IMG/VR virus record: IMGVR_UViG_3300045988_154277
Direction: 5' to 3' (one strand)
Origin: a virus
Length of the DNA stretch: 64,000 bases
Part shown: one piece after another, positions 56,262 to 64,000 of the stretch
How positions within the stretch are numbered: position 1 is the first letter of the stretch
Layout of the letters: each line of letters starts with the position of its first letter
Notes under the pieces: generated by a model
Databases searched by the model: none
Told to the model about the DNA's origin: nothing
The model's input: the letters and a program-made list of their open reading frames with translations, nothing else
Position numbers and translations under genes: made by a program

Positions 56262-57875
56262 TTACCCCACTTGTTTTGTTTGCTCGATTTCAAGCAGCCA
56301 ATCGTAGAACGAGCAGATCGCCACGATCGTGATCTCCTGTGGTTCGATCAGCTTCCCATTGAGGTTGTCCTGATCCAACCAATCCCACAACCACGGAGCG
56401 GTGTTGTACACGTATCCGGTCAGGAGGAGTTTGTTGGTCAGTTCCTGGATGTAGTTATCCCAGTCCTTCCCAGATGCTCCGAACGGAGATGCTTCCAGCC
56501 TCTGCTTGCAACGACGGTACACATCGGTTGCACCAACGTTCAGTCGGAACTGTCCATCGTTGATCATCGAACTGACACCTTGATCGGAGGACTGTTGCAT
56601 GGTCATCGCATGCGCCAGCGTCTGATAATTGGTATCCAACTGGAAGAGAACCATCTGAAGCAGAGCCACCAGCTTGGTATACTCCGGACTCTTCAGGTAG
56701 AGGATCCCACGTCCACCACCGATGTCATCGCTGTAGAACATACTGCACAGCATCTGGTTGATCGGAGTTGGAGTGATCGGATGTTTCGCATAATAAGCGA
56801 GCACCGTCTCGTAGTCCTCAGGATCGATCCCGTAGAGGTTGAGATACTTCTTCGTGTTCTCCACAGCAACCGAGATCAACATCCGAGTATCACTCGTCTT
56901 GCGAGAGGTCATCGAGTCGATCTCGATCTGAGCCGTGTTGCCGTCATCCTCATGTTTGGTTGTGATCGGTTTACGACTGTAGGTTGGGAGTTTGTTGATG
57001 GTACTGTAGACCGTACGGATCGCTCGTTTGACCGAGACGATGATGTAGGTCATCAAGTTCCCGTCGCGGATGCTCAGATCCACATTGACGAACTGACGGA
57101 TTAACAACTGACTCTTCAAATAGAGAGTCAGATTGAAACTGTTATATCCATGCATCAGCGAGCTCAGAGAAGTCTCCGTTACCTGATTCACCGTATGCTC
57201 GATATAGTGATCGAGTTTGGCGATCAGCAACTGATACTTCCGATTAAACAGTCGACTGAAGATGTTCGCACACTGGATCTCTTTCAGCTTGCTGTCGATG
57301 TGTTGACTGAGATTCTTCATCATCGTACTGAACATCGGACAGAGCATCTTGCAGAGCAATGTGATCGTCATGAGATCGATCACCTCCGGCGGATGGAATG
57401 TCAACTCGGCGCTGTCCTGTGCTCGCTTCCCAGCACCTTCGAACAATCCGATCGGCATGTTCCCAACCACATATGCTCTGAGTTTGTCACAGAGGTTGAT
57501 GTTGCGATCCAGGAGATCCAGATAGGATCCGAGGTCTCCGATGAACTGCTCCAGATCGTACATGTTCCCATGACATTCCTGGAAATAGTTGTTGATCCGT
57601 CCATGCATCAGTCCGATGCAGGTTGCCAGTTCTGTTTTGTCATCCGAGCTCAATGTGTTCATGAACGCGTTGACCGATGCGAAGATCACATTCCATCCAT
57701 CATCGCCTCTGGATGGGTTGAGTTTCACATAAGTACTGATCTTGAAGACGAAGAGATCCTTCGTCTTATCCAACAGAGATTTCAGTTCCGTGTCGGAATG
57801 CTCGACATCCAGTTCGCTGATGTCGAGTTTCGCACACGTCACTTTTTCGTCTGTTACGAAAGGTTCGAATTGCAT
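56262..57875 (-). CDS. hypothetical protein (537 aa)
   Basis: TAGGAGGTAGCGTCGT SD. TATATATTAC motif upstream. Confidence 0.5.
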   Translation of the reverse strand: MQFEPFVTDEKVTCAKLDISELDVEHSDTELKSLLDKTKDLFVFKISTYVKLNPSRGDDGWNVIFASVNAFMNTLSSDDKTELATCIGLMHGRINNYFQECHGNMYDLEQFIGDLGSYLDLLDRNINLCDKLRAYVVGNMPIGLFEGAGKRAQDSAELTFHPPEVIDLMTITLLCKMLCPMFSTMMKNLSQHIDSKLKEIQCANIFSRLFNRKYQLLIAKLDHYIEHTVNQVTETSLSSLMHGYNSFNLTLYLKSQLLIRQFVNVDLSIRDGNLMTYIIVSVKRAIRTVYSTINKLPTYSRKPITTKHEDDGNTAQIEIDSMTSRKTSDTRMLISVAVENTKKYLNLYGIDPEDYETVLAYYAKHPITPTPINQMLCSMFYSDDIGGGRGILYLKSPEYTKLVALLQMVLFQLDTNYQTLAHAMTMQQSSDQGVSSMINDGQFRLNVGATDVYRRCKQRLEASPFGASGKDWDNYIQELTNKLLLTGYVYNTAPWLWDWLDQDNLNGKLIEPQEITIVAICSFYDWLLEIEQTKQVG

Positions 57876-57928
57876 ACGACGCTACCTCCTATGTTGATGG
57901 GTGTTATTCCTTCGATACGCTCTCTAGT

Positions 57929-57940
57929 AGTAATATATAT
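57929..57940 (-). promoter_or_regulatory. TATATATTAC promoter motif
   Basis: Plus AGTAATATATAT. Confidence 0.5.
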
Positions 57941-59149
57941 TCAAGCTTGCGCTGAGGGTTCTTGGAGTTCTCCAGTCAGAGCTTTCTCCAGATAGGGGAT
58001 GTGTTCCGATATCGCTTGTACCAAATGAAGGATCCACTGCTCATCTTTCGATCTCTGTTCCAGATAGTAGAAGACCGTATCGTATTGCAACTCCAGCATC
58101 TTGGTGAAGAACACACTGAGTGGTCTTCGATCACATACGAAGTCGCATCCCCAGCTGGAGATATCGGCGACATATCCTTTCAGATAAGTCACGAACTTCT
58201 GTTGCATCTCACCTACAGACGAGGGATCCTCTTTGGTATGCAAGAACGTATCCTGATGCATCTTGAGAAGACCTTTGTGTAACTCCAAGATCTTACTGGT
58301 GTGATAGTGAAGTTTATCTTCCTTCATTTCAGCAAACGTTTGAGTTTGCTGCTCACACCCCACTTGGTAATCTTCCAGATTGGCTTGCGTAGCGAGGGAT
58401 GCTTGATGTATAGCTTCCCACATAGCAGTCCGATCTTCATCTTCGTCTCCAGGCGCATAGAACGTGTCCTCCATCGGTACTTTGTTCAAATCATCTTTGT
58501 AATTCTGTAGAGCAGACATGAATGGAGATAACAACTCCAATACTTTACTGGAACCGATCGGTCTGCGATCATCCATGTCTATGTCTTTGTTGATCTCTGC
58601 GAACAGATCTGAAATACGCTTACGAAGCGGTGGATGATCTCGATCAACCAGAAGAGTCATGATCGCCTTGTATCGCTTGAGGTAATCCAACATGTAGACG
58701 GGATCTTGTCTGCGTTCTCTTAACTCTTTCTGGAGAGCCTCTACGGTTCTGGTCGCCGAGATGTACTGTGCGAACGCGTGACAGATCCGCGTGAATATTT
58801 GGGGATCTTTGGCAACAGCACGTCTGACTGCTTTGTATGCAGGACGATCCAATCGTTCCTGTAAAGCCATTCGGATCTCATCGGTAAACTTCATGTTGGT
58901 AGAAGAGGTTCCGAACTCAGGGAACTTCTTGGCGATCCTCGGGAACTCCTGTGTTCCGAAAGTTGTGATTTGTTTCTCCAAACGAAGCTGTTCCGGTGTT
59001 TTGGTAGAGACGAGTCTGTACTCATCCCCACCAAACCGTATCAATAGATCTTCTGGTTCATTGCAAAATCCAAAGTCCAACTGAACCTCTTTGGACTCCT
59101 TCGTTGTTTTGTTATAGAGAACTAGTATGTCTCTTGGTGCTTCTTCCAT
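57941..59149 (-). CDS. hypothetical protein (402 aa)
   Basis: TAGGAGGTTAAC SD. Confidence 0.5.
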   Translation of the reverse strand: MEEAPRDILVLYNKTTKESKEVQLDFGFCNEPEDLLIRFGGDEYRLVSTKTPEQLRLEKQITTFGTQEFPRIAKKFPEFGTSSTNMKFTDEIRMALQERLDRPAYKAVRRAVAKDPQIFTRICHAFAQYISATRTVEALQKELRERRQDPVYMLDYLKRYKAIMTLLVDRDHPPLRKRISDLFAEINKDIDMDDRRPIGSSKVLELLSPFMSALQNYKDDLNKVPMEDTFYAPGDEDEDRTAMWEAIHQASLATQANLEDYQVGCEQQTQTFAEMKEDKLHYHTSKILELHKGLLKMHQDTFLHTKEDPSSVGEMQQKFVTYLKGYVADISSWGCDFVCDRRPLSVFFTKMLELQYDTVFYYLEQRSKDEQWILHLVQAISEHIPYLEKALTGELQEPSAQA

Positions 59150-59204
59150 GTTAACCTCCTATCTTTGGCAAAAAATGTACACCTGATATACATTAATATT
59201 GCCT

Positions 59205-59245
59205 ACGTTGGATAGGTTGAGTATCGAACTCAACCTATCCAACGT
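59205..59245 (-). promoter_or_regulatory. 18-bp perfect hairpin in the 5' leader of gene 57941..59149
   Basis: ACGTTGGATAGGTTGAGT-atcga-ACTCAACCTATCCAACGT lies between the promoter-like motif at 59272 and the SD. No U-run, so more likely a processing or regulatory structure than a terminator. Confidence 0.4.
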
Positions 59246-59271
59246 ATGTGCACAACAATCATTTTCAATGA

Positions 59272-59282
59272 GAAATATATAT
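59272..59282 (-). promoter_or_regulatory. TATATATTTC promoter-motif variant
   Basis: Plus GAAATATATAT. Confidence 0.4.
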
Positions 59283-59300
59283 TCAAAACTCGGATGAACT

Positions 59301-59519
59301 TCACGGGTTACGTGGAGGTTTCGGTCGATTGGAGTGTGGTAGGTTACTGAGGAAGAATGTGAGGATCGTGGTGAGCGAGGTAATTAAGTAACAGATGAAC
59401 AGTACCTTACATGTTAAATAAAACCAGTCCGGTTGATCATTCACATACGTTACTAAATACCAAAGTGCTAACAGGTGAATGATGTTGTCCATCATCGCCA
59501 TATGGAATACTTTTGTTGT
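59301..59519 (-). CDS. small membrane protein (~72 aa, two predicted TM helices)
   Basis: AAAGGA SD before the internal ATG (MTTKVFHMAMMDNIIHLLALWYLVTYV...FYLTCKVLFICYLITSLTTILTFFL). Confidence 0.35.
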   Translation of the reverse strand, partial: TTKVFHMAMMDNIIHLLALWYLVTYVNDQPDWFYLTCKVLFICYLITSLTTILTFFLSNLPHSNRPKPPRNP

Positions 59520-59582
59520 CATAATGGTTGTTCCTTTCTTACGTCTCATTCTATGAATAAAACAACGTTAGGAGTTACACAC

Positions 59583-59783
59583 ATGCCTACTATCAATCGT
59601 GGTACATCGGGCACCTACGCGGTGTCTTCGGATAAAACAACAACCAAACAGACTGTTACACCTCGCAAGACGACGAAACGTGTCGTTGTATCTGAACAAT
59701 CTGATGTGGTTTACACTAAGTTACCGACCAAGCGACTTACTAAAATAGTTTCGATGGAAAAGATCTCCAAGAAACGCAGATGA
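59583..59783 (+). CDS. small basic Lys/Thr-rich protein (66 aa)
   Basis: TTAGGAG SD 9 nt before ATG. MPTINRGTSGTYAVSSDKTTTKQTVTPRKTTKRVVV...KISKKRR. Followed by a terminator hairpin. Confidence 0.45.
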   Translation: MPTINRGTSGTYAVSSDKTTTKQTVTPRKTTKRVVVSEQSDVVYTKLPTKRLTKIVSMEKISKKRR

Positions 59784-59807
59784 GCAAGTATCGCGTTGCC
59801 GTATCTT

Positions 59808-59846
59808 ACTACTAGAGTGTGGTGAGCTGACACCACACTCTAGTAG
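59808..59846 (+). terminator. 16-bp perfect hairpin
   Basis: CTACTAGAGTGTGGTG-agctga-CACCACACTCTAGTAG. Confidence 0.5.
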
Positions 59847-59906
59847 ACATCTATGCTGGATCCGGCATGGTATGCCATTTAGACTATATAGAAGAAGGAG
59901 GCGAAT

Positions 59907-62900
59907 ATGCCATTCACATTCGATATGTCACCGAGTGAAGAGCGTCTTCTCTACGACAAGTTCTTCCGGACGAATATGTTCCGTAGGATCAATGATCTTA
60001 CGAGATTGTGGAACCGAGAGGATCTTGTTGAATACCCCGTAGGGAGTATGCTTCACTTGATCGACGATAACTTCTTGATGAACCATCCTGTTGTGTTGGT
60101 TCCCGATACCTCTGGTTGGTCTATGACCAGAAAACCAGACCGTAAGTTCGTGATGCACATCATAGAACCGGTACCTGCAACAGCGATCCCTCTTACAGAA
60201 ACCTTCGCTCTACCTACCTCAGGGGTGTCTGTTACGATCTTGAACTTCAAGAAGCGTAATCAGAACCTGATGCGTCCTGTTGTGAAGATGGAGGATTTTC
60301 CGAGTCCGATGCGTCCTGAAGTACAGAGTATCATCTCGTACAACGCACTTTACCGTGCTCGTATCTTTGGACTGTTGCGAGGATATCGTCGGTTCAATTA
60401 CATCTTCACCAACATCTTCAATACCATCTGCTCGATCGGAACGGGAAGACGACATTTCATCCCGATCCCTGTCGGAGATAAGGTCTTTGATCGAAACAAG
60501 TTCATGACCTCTTTTATCAAACACGATAAAGGTTCTCTGAAACTTGCAGAAGATCCGTGGTATCTGTTCATGGTTCACTTCATGGGGTGGTTGAACACCC
60601 AAAACACACCCTCTCTGTTCGAGAAAGTCCCTGAGAAGTATTGGGAATATATCAACTTCGTTCTGTATACAAGAACCAAAGTTCTTGTTCTCAATATGAA
60701 GCTCTTGAAAGAGTTCAACGAAGGGAACAAGATCCTTTGGCGGGTGATGAATTTGATCAACCTGATGGCTGAGGAAGGTCATCAAGCTGCGATGCAGGAC
60801 TTCGGTGATGTTCCGGTTGCATGTGATACACAAGAAGAACCAGGAGAACTCGCTGTTCAAGCGGATACTCCTTTTACAGAAGAGAAGGAACCGATCCATG
60901 TCACTACTCAAGAGACTGCTTCTGATCGTGACAACCAAGATCAGAGTACTGTTCCACAAGGATCCCCCAGAGAGGAAGATCAGGTAAACGAGGTTACCTT
61001 ACAGCAACCTCCTGCGGAACCTGCCCCCAAACAACAGGAACCCCCGTCTCCTGTGAAGACGATGTTCACTTCTCCTACCAGGAGGAAACCCATCCCGTAT
61101 CTCACCACTCAGCAGAGAGTCAAACGGGAGACTGATGAGTTCGAAAAGTATCTCGATTTCGAACCTCAGACGCTGACGATCGATCCCAAGTGGTTAGAAG
61201 TAGAGATGGTGGAGGGGAAACAGAATGCTCCCGAGTTCAAAGAGAACATGACGGAAGAGGAACAGAAAACCTCCAACCAGAAGTTCTTGAATGAGATTGA
61301 CGAAGGAGCGAAGACTCATATCGAGAATGATCAACATCTCAACAACTATCAAGCAGAGCAAGCGAAGAAACTCGCTGAAGCATACAAGAACATCAAAGTT
61401 GGAGATAAGACGATCGAACAGATCATCCAGGAAGTACCAGATGACACGGTTGCAACCAACACGTTGAATTTCTTGGAGGACGATCCGGATATCGTGGATA
61501 AGTCCATGTTGAAATCTTCCGTTGCTACGTTCGAACACGACTACATGAAGAAACTCTTCCTTCGGGATATGGTGATGAACCTCACCTCATTCAACAAACA
61601 AGGGATGTTCCTGAAGCAAGTGGATGTGGAAGACGTCAGCGATAGTCTGAACCAGCTGATGGAGTACAAAGTCACCTACGAGGATACAAGCAAGAAAACG
61701 CACGTCATCCGATTCAAACTTCCCAAAGTAGATGAGAGAGGATACTGTTATGTGAACGGTACGCTTAGCGTCCTGAAGAAACAGAGAGTCCCTCTTCCGA
61801 TCTGTAAGATCAACCCGACAACTGTTACGTTGACCAGCAACTACAACAAGTATCTGGTGGTGCGGAATGTCACGGTGGCTCACAGTTATATCAACTACAT
61901 CGAGTCGATCCTGAACAAAGGCAATACACCAGAACATCCTGTTGTTGTTCAGCTGAACACCAAGACTTGGAACGATGTGACACTCCCCTACGAGTACACC
62001 TCGTTGGCGAAGAAATACCTCAGCATCAAACTCTCGTTGACAGAGACAGTTGAGTTCTATTTCAACCTGGAAGGAAGACACCAGTGGTTGAGGGATGTTG
62101 GGGGTCTCTTACCAGAGGACTTGGACCTCGTAAAATCGATCGAGAGCGACGCGAAATGCCTTGCTGTAGCGTACGTTGGGAAGCGTCTAATCGGGTTCAT
62201 AGATATCAACAACATATTTACCGTGATCAACTTGGACGACCATACAACCTCTGCTTCTACGACGATCATCGATTTCTTGTGTGAGCAGTTGAATGTAGCT
62301 CCGACTCCGCTGTCAGAGTGGACGGATTTCAAACTGTTGGAGACAACGGTTCCTGTGATCTTCGCTCTCTGTTATCGGTACGGTCTGAGTGAGATGTTGA
62401 ACTACACCAAGACACAGTATCGTATCTTGGAATCAGGAGAACGTTCCTATCGGAACTGGTCTGATGTTGTAATACGGTTCGCAGATAAGACGCTGATCAT
62501 CCCGAGGTCTCCTCTGGTGAACAGCATGCTGTTCGCTGGGTTGAACTTCTTCCAGTTGAACAAGATCAATATGGAAGAGATGGACAGTAAAGATATCTAC
62601 TACGATCTTCTCCAGAGCAAGAAACGTTCTGTTCATTTCCTGAAAGGGATCGATAACTTCTTCGATCTGTTCGTGGATCCGATCTCCAGAGAGGTTCTGG
62701 AACAGATGAAAGAACCAACCAATGCAAGAGATATCCTGATCCGTGCTACTCAGCTTCTGACGACAGAAGATCACAAACCTCAGGCTTCCAGCACCAACTT
62801 CCGATTCCGTTCTTATGAACAGATCAATAGTGCGATATACAAAGTACTGAGTCGATCCTTCGCCAACTACAGAAGCAAGAGTGTAGGCGCTACTCACAAG

Positions 62901-63272
62901 TGGAGTATCGCAGATTACGAAGTGCAGCAGATGGTTATGCAGGATCAGTTAAAAGAGAATGTCGACATCATCAACCCCATCAACGACATCAAGTATCAGG
63001 AGGAGTTCTCCCATGCTGGATTCGCTGGTGGACGGAAGAGTCTGCAGAGTTTTACAGTCCCAGATCGTCAGTATCCGAAAGATGCTGTCGGTATCATCTC
63101 AGAGGCTACCGTCGATAGTGCGAAGACTGCATTCGCAGCGTCCACTTCGATGGATCCGACGATCGTCAATATGCGTGGGATGACACTCACCTCTAACCCA
63201 GATGAGTTGAAACCTACTCAGATCTTGTCGATCAGTTCTTTGATCATGCCTGGAGTGACGCAAGATGATTAA
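59907..63272 (+). CDS. RNA polymerase beta subunit, N-terminal portion (split subunit of second RNAP)
   Basis: GAAGGAGG SD. FSHAGFAGGRKSLQSFTVPDRQYPKDAVGIISEATVDS aligns with beta [37 protein letters not shown]. The C-terminal ILSISSLIMPGVTQDD aligns with VVSVGASLIPFLEHDD. It stops exactly where the conserved DANRALMG motif would follow. Confidence 0.65.
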   Translation: MPFTFDMSPSEERLLYDKFFRTNMFRRINDLTRLWNREDLVEYPVGSMLHLIDDNFLMNHPVVLVPDTSGWSMTRKPDRKFVMHIIEPVPATAIPLTETFALPTSGVSVTILNFKKRNQNLMRPVVKMEDFPSPMRPEVQSIISYNALYRARIFGLLRGYRRFNYIFTNIFNTICSIGTGRRHFIPIPVGDKVFDRNKFMTSFIKHDKGSLKLAEDPWYLFMVHFMGWLNTQNTPSLFEKVPEKYWEYINFVLYTRTKVLVLNMKLLKEFNEGNKILWRVMNLINLMAEEGHQAAMQDFGDVPVACDTQEEPGELAVQADTPFTEEKEPIHVTTQETASDRDNQDQSTVPQGSPREEDQVNEVTLQQPPAEPAPKQQEPPSPVKTMFTSPTRRKPIPYLTTQQRVKRETDEFEKYLDFEPQTLTIDPKWLEVEMVEGKQNAPEFKENMTEEEQKTSNQKFLNEIDEGAKTHIENDQHLNNYQAEQAKKLAEAYKNIKVGDKTIEQIIQEVPDDTVATNTLNFLEDDPDIVDKSMLKSSVATFEHDYMKKLFLRDMVMNLTSFNKQGMFLKQVDVEDVSDSLNQLMEYKVTYEDTSKKTHVIRFKLPKVDERGYCYVNGTLSVLKKQRVPLPICKINPTTVTLTSNYNKYLVVRNVTVAHSYINYIESILNKGNTPEHPVVVQLNTKTWNDVTLPYEYTSLAKKYLSIKLSLTETVEFYFNLEGRHQWLRDVGGLLPEDLDLVKSIESDAKCLAVAYVGKRLIGFIDINNIFTVINLDDHTTSASTTIIDFLCEQLNVAPTPLSEWTDFKLLETTVPVIFALCYRYGLSEMLNYTKTQYRILESGERSYRNWSDVVIRFADKTLIIPRSPLVNSMLFAGLNFFQLNKINMEEMDSKDIYYDLLQSKKRSVHFLKGIDNFFDLFVDPISREVLEQMKEPTNARDILIRATQLLTTEDHKPQASSTNFRFRSYEQINSAIYKVLSRSFANYRSKSVGATHKWSIADYEVQQMVMQDQLKENVDIINPINDIKYQEEFSHAGFAGGRKSLQSFTVPDRQYPKDAVGIISEATVDSAKTAFAASTSMDPTIVNMRGMTLTSNPDELKPTQILSISSLIMPGVTQDD

Positions 63273-63289
63273 CATTATAACAGTCCGGT

Positions 63290-63715
63290 ATACCCGAAGA
63301 GGGTGTGCTTGTTACCATTCCTAATACTAGGAAGTTCTTAAGGTTCTACATACTACAACGTAGCTCAAAAGGCAAGCGTGATAGTCGCGAAAGCAGAAAG
63401 AAATGTAGAAATGACCTATGCTGAAATAAAAGCCTGTTACAAGGTGCTAAGGGTTGCTAACAAGGAATTACTAGTAGCGAAGTCTTGTCTATAAGACAGG
63501 ATGTGCTCAACGACTAGGGGGTTAATCGCCCCGTACCCGCCAAGTGGCGCTGGGAAACGGAATGGACCCTAACAGATTAAGCTGAGGGTTTGACATAGTC
63601 TCTACATCTACGGAAAGCGTAGAGCAGAACTTAATGTTCGGGTGATGAGTAACGATCATCACTGAAGATAAAGAGCAAGCGTCAAAATTTAAACATTACT
63701 GAACCGTATACTGGA
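63290..63715 (+). ncRNA. group I intron-like element B (homologous to the beta-prime intron)
   Basis: Shares AGCGTGAT..CGAAAG..AGAAAGAA..GACCTATGCTGAAATAAAAGCCTGT with the intron at 27203-27606. Core CAACGACTAGGGGG...TTTGACATAGTC (P7/P7'). P9-like CTCTAC...GTAGAG and GTGATGA..TCATCAC hairpins. Boundaries uncertain. Confidence 0.45.
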
Positions 63716-64000
63716 AACAGTGTGCGTGCATAGACCCTTTAATTGTCTGGGAGTTCCTAAAGCCTGTTGGACCACAACGTGACTTGTAAAAGTGAGCGTG
63801 ATGGTGACGAAAGTAGAAAGAATCAACAGGATGTCTCATGCTGCAATAAAAGTCTACTTCTAGTAGATGCTAAAAGACAGTAACAATGGATAATCAGCAG
63901 CCGAGATCCTTCACGGAGGATCAGGTTCATCGACTAGACCTGAGAAGGTCGTACCCCTCAAGTGAGGCTGCGGAAATAAGGGTCCGCTAAACGTATCGTA
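63716..64000 (+). ncRNA. group I intron-like element C (truncated by window end)
   Basis: AGCGTGATGGTGACGAAAGTAGAAAGAA...CATGCTGCAATAAAAGTCTAC...TTCATCGACTAG...CTAAACGTAT are the same conserved blocks, in the same order, as the beta-prime intron. Confidence 0.4.

Noticed and set aside
8875-64000. tRNA genes or integrase/transposase indicating a prophage boundary or tRNA island
   Set aside because: No T-loop-like GGTTCGAATCC or cloverleaf candidates were seen in the noncoding stretches, and no ORF has integrase or transposase signatures. The window looks like the interior of a virulent jumbo-phage genome.

Overview
This window looks like part of a jumbo-phage genome of the phiKZ-like (Chimalliviridae-type) kind. 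Genes are densely packed, almost all on the minus strand, with Shine-Dalgarno-led starts and intrinsic-terminator hairpins.

The main recognisable content is split multisubunit RNA polymerase genes. These are a beta C-terminal half translationally coupled to a beta-prime N-terminal half, a second beta-prime N-terminal gene, and a large beta N-terminal gene. Also identifiable are a GyrA/T4 gp52-like topoisomerase II subunit, an SF2 helicase, a secreted GH24 endolysin, a terminase-like P-loop ATPase, and tail-fibre-like and lectin-like proteins. There is a 2670-aa Gly/Ala/Lys-rich giant protein. At least six paralogous proteins share a conserved N-terminal signature and look like candidate inner-body/virion proteins.

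The most unusual points are as follows.
- A roughly 400-nt group I intron interrupts the second beta-prime gene exactly at the catalytic NADFDGD motif.
- Two further homologous group I-like elements sit immediately after the beta N-terminal gene. That gene ends at the same beta-N/beta-C split site used by the other polymerase.
- A recombinogenic-looking array of PeSL-like cassettes lies between the endolysin and the terminase-like ATPase. Each cassette has a conserved GATC-containing motif, a variable hairpin, a small MAF-family gene, and an ATG-in-loop hairpin.
- A TATATATTAC promoter motif precedes many minus-strand genes.
- Homopolymeric G/C tracts (8-10 nt) lie upstream of the structural paralogs.
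- Several structured noncoding regions are present.

Coordinates of small features may be off by about 1 nt in the 22.3-23.8 kb region, where my position count differs from the ORF track.
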